DNA of 64,000 nt from Eledone cirrhosa (lineage: Eukaryota): positions 131,068,001-131,132,000 of the forward strand of contig OZ024743.1 of NCBI GenBank assembly GCA_964016885.1, given 5' to 3'. Every line of letters starts with the position of its first letter. Position 1 is the first letter of the stretch. The notes below the pieces were generated by a model. That model was not told where the DNA came from. It did not search any database and saw only the letters and a list, made by a program, of their open reading frames with translations. The translations under genes were made by a program, and so were the position numbers. Below, piece after piece: positions 1-10,450 of this stretch.

Positions 1-914
1 CTGTTTCGTGTTTGGTGTTTGCTGTTTGGTGTTTGGTGTTTGCTGTTTGGTGTTTGGTGTTTGGTGCTTGGTGCTTGGTGCTTGGTGTTTGGTGCTTGGT
101 GTCTGGTGCTTGGTGTCTGGTGCTTGGTGTTTGGTGTTTGGTGTTTGGTGCTTGGTGTTTGGTGTTTGGTGCTTGTTGCTTGGTGCTTGGTGCTTGGTGT
201 TTGGTGCTTGGTGTTTGGTGCTGGGTGATTGGTGTTTGGTGCTTGGTGCTTGGTGTTTGGTGTTTGGTGCTTGGTGCTTGGTGTTTGGTGTTTGGTGTTA
301 TATGCTTGGTGTTTGGTGCTTGGTGCTTGGTGTTTGGTGTTTGGTTCTTGATGCTTGGTATTTGGTGCTTGGTGCTTGCTGCTTGGTGTTTGGTGCTTGG
401 TGATTGATGCTTGGTGTTTGGTGCTTGGTGCTTGGTGTTTGGTTTTTGGTGCTAGGTGCTTGGTGCTTGGTGTTTGGTGCTTGGTGTTTGGTGTTTGGTG
501 CTTGGTGCTTGGTGTTTGGTACTTGGTGCTTGGTGCTTGGTGTTTGGTGCTTGGTGCTTGGTGTTTGGTGTTTGGTGTTTGGTGCTTGGTGCTTGGTGTT
601 TGGTGCTTGGTGCTTGGTGCTTGGTGTTTCGTGCTAGGTGCATGGTGCTTGGTGTTTGGTGCTTGGTGCTTGGTGCTTGGTCTTTGGTGTTTGGTGTTTA
701 GTGCTTGGTGCTTGGTGCTTGGTGCTTGGTGCTTGGTGCTTGGTCCTTGGTGTTTGGTGCTTGGTGCTTGGTGTTTGGTGTTTGGTGCTTGGTGCTTGGT
801 GCTTCGTGTTTGGTGTTTGGTGCTTGGTGTCTGGAGCTTGGTGTTTGGTGTTTGGTGCTTGGTGTTTGGTGTTTGGTGCTTGGTGCTTGGTGTTTGGTGC
901 TTGGTGCTTGGTGT

Positions 915-1122
915 TTGTACTTGGTGCTTGGTGCTTGGTGTTTGGTGCTTGGTTCTTGGTGTTTGGTGCTTGGTGTTTGGAGCTTGGTGCTTGGTGTTTG
1001 GTGCTTGGTGCTTGGTGTTTGTACTTGGTGCTTGGTGCTTGGTGTTTGGTGCTTGGTTCTTGGTGTTTGGTGCTTGGTGTTTGGAGCTTGGTGCTTGGTG
1101 TTTGGTGCTTGGTGCTTGGTGT
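915..1122 (+). repeat. 104-bp (15-monomer) sub-repeat doublet: TTGTAC...TTGGTTC...TTGGAGC, twice (representative copy)
   Basis: 6-bp monomer TTGTAC at 915 and 1019 (offset 104 = 14x7+6). Same doublet at 15149/15253, 32695/32799, 34357/34461, 40187/40291, 43129/43233, 45063/45167, 47866/47970, 48130/48234, 49793/49897, 51729/51833, 56169/56273, 61922/62026. Confidence 0.92.
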
Positions 1123-1149
1123 TTGGTGTTTGGTGCTTGGTGCTTGGTG

Positions 1150-4100
1150 TTTGGTGTTTGGTGCTTGGTGTTTGGTGTTTGGTGTTTGGTGCTTGGTGCT
1201 TGGTGTTTGTTGCTTGGTACTTGGTGCATGGTGTTTGGTGCTGGGTGCTTGGTGTTTTGTGCTTGGTTCTTGGTGTTTGGTGTTTGGTGCTTGGTACTTG
1301 GTGTCTGGAGCTTGGTGTTTGGTGTTTGGTGCTTGGTGTTTGGTGCTTGGTGCTTGGTGTTTGGTGTTTGGTGTTTGATGCTTGGTGTTTTATGCTTGGT
1401 GCTTGGTGTTTGGTGCTTGGTGTTTGTATTTGGTGCTTGGTGCTTGGTGTTTTGTGCTTGGTTCTTGGTGTTTGGTGTTTGGTGCTTGGTACTTGGTGCT
1501 TGGTGTTAGGTGTTTGGTGCTTGGTGCTTGGTGTTTGGTGTTTGGTCCTTGGTGCTTGGTGCTTGGTGTTTAGTTCTTGGTGCTTGGTGTTTGTTCTTTG
1601 GTGCTTTCTGTTTGCTGCTTGGTGTTTGCTGCTTGGTGCTTGGTTCTTGGTGTTTGGTGTTTGGTGCTAGGTGCTTGGTGTTTGGTGTTTGGTGTTTGAT
1701 GCTTGGTGTTTGGTGCTTGGTGTTTGGTGCTTGGTGCTTGGGGCTTGGTGTTTGGTGCTTGGTGCTTGGTGCTTGGTGTTTCGTGCTTGGTGCTTGGTGT
1801 TTGGTGTTTGGTGTTTGGTGCTTGGTGCTTGGTGTTTGGTGCTTGGTGCTTGGTGCTGGGTGGTTGGTATTTGGTGCTGGCTGCTTGGTGTTTGGTGCTT
1901 GGTGCTTGGTGCTTGGTGTTTGGTGCTTGGTGCTTGGTGCTTGGTCTTTGGTGCTTGGTGTTTGGTGTTTGGTGCTTGGTGCTTTGTGTTTGGTGCTTGG
2001 TGATTAGTGTTTGGTGCTTGGTACTTGGTGTTTGGTGCTTGGTGTTTGGTGTTTGGTGTTTGGTGTTTGGTGTTTGGTGTTTGCTGTTTGGTGTCTGCTT
2101 TTTGGTGTTTGGTGTTTGCTGTATGGTGTTTGCTGTTTCGTGTTTGGTGTTTGCTGTTTGGTGTTTGGTGTTTGCTGTTTGGTGTTTGGTCTTTGGTGCT
2201 TGGTGTTTGGTGCTTGGTGCTTGGTGTTTGGTGTTTGTACTTGGTGCTTGGTGCTTGGTGTTTGGTGCTTGGTTCTTGGTGTTTGGTGCTTGGTGTTTGG
2301 AGCTTGGTGCTTGGTGTTTGGTGCTTGGTGCTTGGTGTTTGGTGTTTGGTGCTTGGTGCTTGGTGTTTGGTGTTTGGTGCTTGGTGTTTGGTGTTTGGTG
2401 TTTGGTGCTTGGTGCTTGGTGTTTGTTGCTTGGTACTTGGTGCATGGTGTTTGGTGCTGGGTGCTTGGTGTTTTGTGCTTGGTTCTTGGTGTTTGGTGTT
2501 TGGTGCTTGGTACTTGGTGTCTGGAGCTTGGTGTTTGGTGTTTGGTGCTTGGTGTTTGGTGCTTGGTGCTTGGTGTTTGGTGTTTGGTGTTTGATGCTTG
2601 GTGTTTTATGCTTGGTGCTTGGTGTTTGGTGCTTGGTGTTTGTATTTGGTGCTTGGTGCTTGGTGTTTTGTGCTTGGTTCTTGGTTTTTGGTGTTTGGTG
2701 CTTGGTACTTGGTGCTTGGTGTTAGGTGTTTGGTGCTTGGTGCTTGGTGTTTGGTGTTTGGTCCTTGGTGCTTGGTGCTTGGTGTTTAGTTCTTGGTGCT
2801 TGGTGTTTGTTGTTTGGTGCTTTCTGTTTGCTGCTTGGTGATTGCTGCTTGGTGCTTGGTGCTTGGTGTTTGGTGTTTGGTGCTAGGTGCTTGGTGTTTG
2901 GTGTTTGGTGCTTGATGCTTGGTGTTTGGTGCTTGGTGTTTGGTGCTTGGTGCTTGGGGCTTGGTGTTTGGTGCTTGGTGCTTGGTGCTTGGTGTTTCGT
3001 GCTTGGTGCTTGGTGTTTGGTGTTTGGTGTTTGGTGCTTGGTGCTTGGTGTTTGGTGCTTGGTGCTTGGTGCTGGGTGGTTGGTATTTGGTGCTTGGTGC
3101 TTGGTGTTTGGTGTTTGGTGTTTGGTGCTTGGTGCTTGGTGTTTGGTGCTTGGTGCTTGGTGCTGGGTGGTTGGTATTTGGTGCTTGGTGCTTGGTGCTT
3201 GGTGATTAGTGTTTGGTGCTTGGTACTTGGTGTTTGGTGCTTGGTGTTTGGTGTTTGCTGTTTGGTGTTTGGTGTTTGGTGTTTGCTGTTTGGTGTCTGC
3301 TTTTTGGTGTTTGGTGTTTGCTGTATGGTGTTTGCTGTTTCGTGTTTGGTGTTTGCTGTTTGGTGTTTGGTGTTTGCTGTTTGGTGTTTGGTCTTTGGTG
3401 CTTGGTGTTTGGTGCTTGGTGCTTGGTGTTTGGTGTTTGGTGCTTGGTGCTTGGTGCTTGGTGTTTGGTGCTTGGTGCTTGGTGTTTGGTGTTTGGTGTT
3501 TGGTGCTTGGTGCTTGGTGTTTGGTGCTTGGTGCTGGGTGGTTGGTGTTTGGTGCTTGGTGCTTGGTGTTTCGTGCTAGGTGCATGGTGCTTGGTGTTTG
3601 GTGCTTCGTGCTTGGTGCTTGGTGCTTGGTGCTTGGTCCTTGGTGTTTGGTGCTTGGTGCTTGGTGTTTGGTGTTTGGTGCTTGGTGCTTGGTGCTTCGT
3701 GTTTGGTGTTTGGTGCTTGGTGTCTGGAGCTTGGTGTTTGGTGTTTGGTGCTTGGTGTTTGGTGTTTTGTGCTTGGTGCTTGGTGTTTGGTGCTTGGTGC
3801 TTGGTGTTTGGTGCTTGGTGTTTGGTGCTTGGTTCTTGGTGTTTGGTGCTTGGTGTTTGGAGCTTGGTGCTTGGTGTTTGGTGCTTGGTGCTTGGTGTTT
3901 GTACTTGGTGCTTGGTGCTTGGTGTTTGGTGCTTGGTTCTTGGTGTTTGGTGCTTGGTGTTTGGAGCTTGGTGCTTGGTGTTTGGTGCTTGGTGCTTGGT
4001 GTTTGGTGTTTGGTGCTTGGTGCTTGGTGTTTGGTGTTTGGTGCTTGGTGTTTGGTGTTTGGTGCTTGGTGCTTGGTGTTTGTTGCTTGGTACTTGGTGC

Positions 4101-7100
4101 ATGGTGTTTGGTGCTGGGTGCTTGGTGTTATGTGCTTGGTTCTTGGTGTTTGGTGTTTGGTGCTTGGTACTTGGTGTCTGGAGCTTGGTGTTTGGTGTTT
4201 GGTGCTTGGTGTTTGGTGCTTGGTGCTTGGTGTTTGGTGCTTGGTGTTTAGTGCTTGGTGCTTGGTGTTTGTTGTTTGGTGCTTTCTGTTTGCTGCTTGG
4301 TGTTTGCTGCTTGGTGCTTGGTGCTTGGTGTTTGGTGTTTGGTGCTAGGTGCTTGGTGTTTGGTGTTTGGTGTTTGATGCTTGGTGTTTGGTGCTTGGTG
4401 TTTGGTGCTTGGTGCTTGGGGCTTGGTGTTTGGTGCTTGGTGCTTGGTGCTTGGTGTTTGGTGCTTGGTGCTTGGTGTTTGGTGTTTGGTGTTTGGTGCT
4501 TGGTGCTTGGTGTTTGGTGCTTGGTGCTTGGTGCTGGGTGGTTGGTATTTGGTGCTTGGTGCTTGGTGTTTGGTGCTTGGTGCTTGGTGCTTGGTGTTTG
4601 GTGCTTGGTGCTTGGTGCTTGGTCTTTGGTGCTTGGTGTTTGGTGTTTGGTGTTTGGCGCTTTGTGTTTGGTGCTTGGTGATTAGTGTTTGGTGCTTGGT
4701 ACTTGGTGTTTGGTGCTTGGTGTTTGGTGTTTGCTGTTTGGTGTTTGGTGTTTGCTGTTTGCTGTTTGGTGTCTGCTTTTTGGTGTTTGGTGTTTGCTGT
4801 ATGGTGTTTGCTGTTTCGTGTTTGGTGTTTGCTGTTTGCTGTTTGGTGTTTGCTGTTTGGTGTTTGGTCTTTGGTGCTTGGTGTTTGGTGCTTGGTGCTT
4901 GGTGTTTGGTGTTTGGTGCTTGGTGCTTGGTGCTTGGTGTTTGGTGCTTGGTGTCTGGTGCTTGGTGTCTGGTGCTTGGTGTTTGGTGTTTGGTGTTTGG
5001 TGCTTGGTGCTTGGTGTTTGGTGCTTGGTGCTTGGTGTTTGGTGCTGGGTGCTTGGTGTTTGGTGCTTGGTGCTTGGTGCTTGGTGTTTGGTGTTTGGTG
5101 CTTGGTGCTTGGTGTTTGGTGTTTGGTGTTATATGCTTGGTGTTTGATGCTTGGTGCTTGGTGCTTGGTGTTTGGTGTTTGGTGCTTGGTGTTTTATGCT
5201 TGGTGTTTGATGTTTGGTGCTTGGTGCTTGGTTTTTGGTGCTTGGTGCTTGGTGTTTCTACTTGGGGCTTGGTGCTTGGTTCTTGGTGTTTGGTGCTTGG
5301 TGCTTGGTGCTTGGTGCTTGGTGTTTGGTGCTTGGTGTTTGGTGCTTGGTGTTTGGTGCTTGGTGCCTGGTGCTTGGTGCTTGGTGCTTGGTGTTTGGTG
5401 CTTGGTGTTTGGTGCTTGGTATTAGGTGTTTGGTGCTTGGTGTTTGGTGCTTGGTGTTTGGTGTTTGGTGTTTGGTGCTTGGTGCTTGGTGTTTGTTGCT
5501 TGGTACTTGGTGCATGGTGTTTGGTGCTGGGTGCTTGGTGTTTTGTGCTTGGTTCTTGGTGTTTGGTGTTTGGTGCTTGGTACTTGGTGTCTGGAGCTTG
5601 GTGTTTGGTGTTTGGTGCTTGGTGTTTGGTGCTTGGTGCTTGGTGTTTGGTGTTTGGTGTTTGATGCTTGGTGTTTTATGCTTGGTGCTTGGTGTTTGGT
5701 GCTTGGTGTTTGTATTTGGTGCTTGGTGCTTGGTGTTTTGTGCTTGGTTCTTGGTGTTTGGTGTTTGGTGCTTGGTACTTGGTGCTTGGTGTTAGGTGTT
5801 TGGTGCTTGGTGCTTGGTGTTTGGTGTTTGGTCCTTGGTGCTTGGTGCTTGGTGTTTAGTTCTTGGTGCTTGGTGTTTGTTCTTTGGTGCTTTCTGTTTG
5901 CTGCATGGTTTGCTGCTTGGTGCTTGGTTCTTGGTGTTTGGTGTTTGGTGCTAGGTGCGTGGTGTTTGGTGTTTGGTGTTTGATGCTTGGTGTTTGGTGC
6001 TTGGTGTTTGGTGCTTGGTGCTTGGGGCTTGGTGTTTGGTGCTTGGTGCTTGGTGCTTGGTGTTTCGTGCTTGGTGCTTGGTGTTTGGTGTTTGGTGTTT
6101 GGTGCTTGGTGCTTGGTGTTTGGTGCTTGGTGCTTGGTGCTGGGTGGTTGGTATTTGGTGCTGGGTGCTTGGTGTTTGGTGCTTGGTGCTTGGTGCTTGG
6201 TGTTTGGTGCTTGGTGCTTGGTGCTTGGTCTTTGGTGCTTGCTGTTTGGTGTTTGGTGCTTGGTGCTTTGTGTTTGGTGCTTGGTGATTAGTGTTTGGTG
6301 CTTGGTACTTGGTGTTTGGTGCTTGGTGTTTGGTGTTTGCTGTTTGGTGTTTGGTGTTTGGTGTTTGCTGTTTGGTGTCTGCTTTTTGGTGTTTGGTGTT
6401 TGCTGTATGGTGTTTGCTGTTTCGTGTTTGGTGTTTGCTGTTTGGTGTTTGGTGTTTGCTGTTTGGTGTTTGGTCTTTGGTGCTTGGTGTTTGGTGCTTG
6501 GTGCTTGGTGCTTGGTGCTTGGTGTTTGTACTTGGTGCTTGGTGTTTGGTGCTTGGTTCTTGGTGTTTGGTGCTTGGTGTTTGGAGCTTGGTGCTTGGTG
6601 TTTGGTGCTTGGTGCTTGGTGTTTGGTGTTTGGTGCTTGGTGCTTGGTGTTTGGTGTTTGGTGCTTGGTGTTTGGTGTTTGGTGTTTGGTGCTTGGTGCT
6701 TGGTGTTTGTTGCTTGGTACTTGGTGCATGGTGTTTGGTGCTGGGTGCTTGGTGTTTTGTGCTTGGTTCTTGGTGTTTGGTGTTTGGTGCTTGGTACTTG
6801 GTGTCTGGAGCTTGGTGTTTGGTGTTTGGTGCTTGGTGTTTGGTGCTTGGTGCTTGGTGTTTGGTGTTTGGTGTTTGATGCTTGGTGTTTTATGCTTGGT
6901 GCTTGGTGTTTGGTGCTTGGTGTTTGTATTTGGTGCTTGGTGCTTGGTGTTTTGTGCTTGGTTCTTGGTGTTTGGTGTTTGGTGCTTGGTACTTGGTGCT
7001 TGGTGTTAGGTGTTTGGTGCTTGGTGCTTGGTGTTTGGTGTTTGGTCCTTGGTGCTTGGTGCTTGGTGTTTAGTTCTTGGTGCTTGGTGTTTGTTGTTTG

Positions 7101-9725
7101 GTGCTTTCTGTTTGCTGCTTGGTGTTTGCTGCTTGGTGCTTGGTGCTTGGTGTTTGGTGTTTGGTGCTAGGTGCTTGGTGTTTGGTGTTTGGTGCTTGAT
7201 GCTTGGTGTTTGGTGCTTGGTGTTTGGTGCTTGGTGCTTGGGGCTTGGTGTTTGGTGCTTGGTGCTTGGTGCTTGGTGTTTCGTGCTTGGTGCTTGGTGT
7301 TTGGTGTTTGGTGTTTGGTGCTTGGTGCTTGGTGTTTGGTGCTTGGTGCTTGGTGCTGGGTGGTTGGTATTTGGTGCTTGGTGCTTGGTGTTTGGTGCTT
7401 GGTGCTTGGTGCTTGGTGTTTGGTGCTTGGTGCTTGGTGCTTGGTCTTTGGTGCTTGGTGTTTGGTGTTTGGTGCTTGGTGCTTTGTGTTTGGTGCTTGG
7501 TGATTAGTGTTTGGTGCTTGGTACTTGGTGTTTGGTGCTTGGTGTTTGGTGTTTGCTGTTTGGTGTTTGGTGTTTGGTGTTTGCTGTTTGGTGTCTGCTT
7601 TTTGGTGTTTGGTGTTTGCTGTATGGTGTTTGCTGTTTCGTGTTTGGTGTTTGCTGTTTGGTGTTTGGTGTTTGCTGTTTGGTGTTTGGTCTTTGGTGCT
7701 TGGTGTTTGGTGCTTGGTGCTTGGTGTTTGGTGTTTGGTGCTTGGTGCTTGGTGCTTGGTGTTTGGTGCTTGGTGCTTGGTGTTTGGTGTTTGGTGTTTG
7801 GTGCTTGGTGCTTGGTGTTTGGTGCTTGGTGCTGGGTGGTTGGTGTTTGGTGCTTGGTGCTTGGTGTTTCGTGCTAGGTGCATGGTGCTTGGTGTTTGGT
7901 GCTTCGTGCTTGGTGCTTGGTGCTTGGTGCTTGGTCCTTGGTGTTTGGTGCTTGGTGCTTGGTGTTTGGTGTTTGGTGCTTGGTGCTTGGTGCTTCGTGT
8001 TTGGTGTTTGGTGCTTGGTGTCTGGAGCTTGGTGTTTGGTGTTTGGTGCTTGGTGTTTGGTGTTTCGTGCTTGGTGCTTGGTGTTTGGTGCTTGGTGCTT
8101 GGTGTTTGGTGCTTGGTGTTTGGTGCTTGGTTCTTGGTGTTTGGTGCTTGGTGTTTGGAGCTTGGTGCTTGGTGTTTGGTGCTTGGTGCTTGGTGTTTGT
8201 ACTTGGTGCTTGGTGCTTGGTGTTTGGTGCTTGGTTCTTGGTGTTTGGTGCTTGGTGTTTGGAGCTTGGTGCTTGGTGTTTGGTGCTTGGTGCTTGGTGT
8301 TTGGTGTTTGGTGCTTGGTGCTTGGTGTTTGGTGTTTGGTGCTTGGTGTTTGGTGTTTGGTGCTTGGTGCTTGGTGTTTGTTGCTTGGTACTTGGTGCAT
8401 GGTGTTTGGTGCTGGGTGCTTGGTGTTATGTGCTTGGTTCTTGGTGTTTGGTGTTTGGTGCTTGGTACTTGGTGTCTGGAGCTTGGTGTTTGGTGTTTGG
8501 TGCTTGGTGTTTGGTGCTTGGTGCTTGGTGTTTGGTGCTTGGTGTTTAGTGCTTGGTGCTTGGTGTTTGTTGTTTGGTGCTTTCTGTTTGCTGCTTGGTG
8601 TTTGCTGCTTGGTGCTTGGTGCTTGGTGTTTGGTGTTTGGTGCTAGGTGCTTGGTGTTTGGTGTTTGGTGTTTGATGCTTGGTGTTTGGTGCTTGGTGTT
8701 TGGTGCTTGGTGCTTGGGGCTTGGTGTTTGGTGCTTGGTGCTTGGTGCTTGGTGTTTGGTGCTTGGTGCTTGGTGTTTGGTGTTTGGTGTTTGGTGCTTG
8801 GTGCTTGGTGTTTGGTGCTTGGTGCTTGGTGCTGGGTGGTTGGTATTTGGTGCTTGGTGCTTGGTGTTTGGTGCTTGGTGCTTGGTGCTTGGTGTTTGGT
8901 GCTTGGTGCTTGGTGCTTGGTCTTTGGTGCTTGGTGTTTGGTGTTTGGTGTTTGGCGCTTTGTGTTTGGTGCTTGGTGATTAGTGTTTGGTGCTTGGTAC
9001 TTGGTGTTTGGTGCTTGGTGTTTGGTGTTTGCTGTTTGGTGTTTGGTGTTTGCTGTTTGCTGTTTGGTGTCTGCTTTTTGGTGTTTGGTGTTTGCTGTAT
9101 GGTGTTTGCTGTTTCGTGTTTGGTGTTTGCTGTTTGCTATTTGGTGTTTGCTGTTTGGTGTTTGGTCTTTGGTGCTTGGTGTTTGGTGCTTGTTGCTTGG
9201 TGTTTGGTGTTTGGTGCTTGGTGCTTGGTGCTTGGTGTTTGGTGCTTGGTGTCTGGTGCTTGGTGTCTGGTGCTTGGTGTTTGGTGTTTGGTGTTTGGTG
9301 CTTGGTGCTTGGTGTTTGGTGCTTGGTGCTTGGTGTTTGGTGCTGGGTGCTTGGTGTTTGGTGCTTGGTGCTTGGTGCTTGGTGTTTGGTGTTTGGTGCT
9401 TGGTGCTTGGTGTTTGGTGTTTGGTGTTATATGCTTGGTGTTTGATGCTTGGTGCTTGGTGCTTGGTGTTTGGTGTTTGGTGCTTGGTGTTTTATGCTTG
9501 GTGTTTGATGTTTGGTGCTTGGTGCTTGGTTTTTGGTGCTTGGTGCTTGGTGTTTCTACTTGGGGCTTGGTGCTTGGTTCTTGGTGTTTGGTGCTTGGTG
9601 CTTGGTGCTTGGTGCTTGGTGTTTGGTGCTTGGTGTTTGGTGCTTGGTGTTTGGTGCTTGGTGCCTGGTGCTTGGTGCTTGGTGCTTGGTGTTTGGTGCT
9701 TGGTGTTTGGTGCTTGGTATTAGGT
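1150..9725 (+). repeat. Higher-order tandem duplication, period about 4.29 kb (about 1150-5435 and 5436-9725)
   Basis: Matching ORF pairs offset 4284 (1703/5987, 2007/6291) then 4298 (3209/7507, 4685/8983). Shared rare variants include TTATGTGC (about 4128/8426), TTGGCGC (about 4654/8952) and TTCTAC-TTGGGGC (about 5256/9554). Confidence 0.9.
1997..2192 (+). repeat. Landmark module A (representative): TTGGTGA-TTAGTGT followed by a 154-bp block lacking TTGGTGC and rich in TTGCTGT; about 35 copies in the window
   Basis: GATTAG ends at 2007, 3209, 4685, 6291, 7507, 8983, 10983, 12075, 13207, 14046, 14585, 16234, 17891, 19053, 20606, 22585, 23782, 24865, 26069, 28305, 29509, 31536, 33716, 35407, 37875, 40789, 44422, 46148, 49152, 50507, 52786, 54947, 57226, 59857, 62623. 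Nearly all are followed by CTGCTTT...TTGCTGT-ATGGTGT-TTGCTGT-TTCGTGT. Confidence 0.92.
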
Positions 9726-10357
9726 GTTTGGTGCTTGGTGCTTGGTGTTTGGTGTTTGGTGCTTGGTGTTTGGTGCTTGGTGTTTGGTGTTTGGTGCTTG
9801 GTGTTTGGTGCTTGGTACTTGGTGCTTGGTGCTTGGTGTTAGGTGTTTGGTGCTTGGTGCTTGGTGTTTGGTTTTTGGTGCTTGGTGCTTGGTGTTTGGT
9901 GTTTGGTGTTTGGTGCTTGCTGCTGGCTGCTTGGTGTTTGGTGCTTGGTGATTGGTGCTTGGTGTTTGGTGCTTGGTGTTTGGTGTTTGGTACTAGGTGC
10001 TTGGTGCTTGGTGTTTGGTGCTTGGTGCTTGGTGTTTGGTGTTTGGTGATTGGTGCTTGGTGTTTGGTGCTTGGTGCTGGGTTCTGGGTGGTTGGTGTTT
10101 GGTGCTTGGTGTTTGGTGCTGGGTGCTTGGTGTTTGGTGCTTGGTGCTTGGTCTTTGGTGTTTGGTGTTTGGTGTTTGGGGCTTGGTGCTTGGTGCTTGG
10201 TGTTTGGTGCTTGGTGCTTGGTGTTTGGTGCTTGGTGCTTAGTGTTTGGTGCTAGGTGCTTGGGGTTTGGTGTTTGGTGCTTGGTGCTTGGTGTTTGGTG
10301 CTTGGTGCTTGGTGTTTGGTGTTTGGTGCTTGGTGCTTGGTGCTTGGTGTTTGGTGT

Positions 10358-10450
10358 TTCCTGTTTGCTGTTTGGTGTTTGGTGTTTGGTGTTTGCTGTT
10401 TGGTGTCTGCTTTTTGGTGTTTGGTGTTTGCTGTATGTTATTTGCTGTTT
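10358..10450 (+). repeat. Paralogous module A-prime (representative): TTCCTGT...CTGCTTT...TTGCTGT-ATGTTAT
   Basis: Shares CTGCTTT and TTGCTGT-ATG with module A but has different flanks. Recurs at about 17.3 (partial), 20.5 (partial), 22.0, 27.5, 30.9, 36.8, 39.2, 42.2, 54.2, 58.6 and 63.3 kb. Confidence 0.88.

Noticed and set aside
1853-1870. GCTGGGTGG resembling the E. coli Chi site GCTGGTGG
   Set aside because: It is not an exact match, it arises from a two-substitution monomer variant, and nothing indicates a bacterial context.
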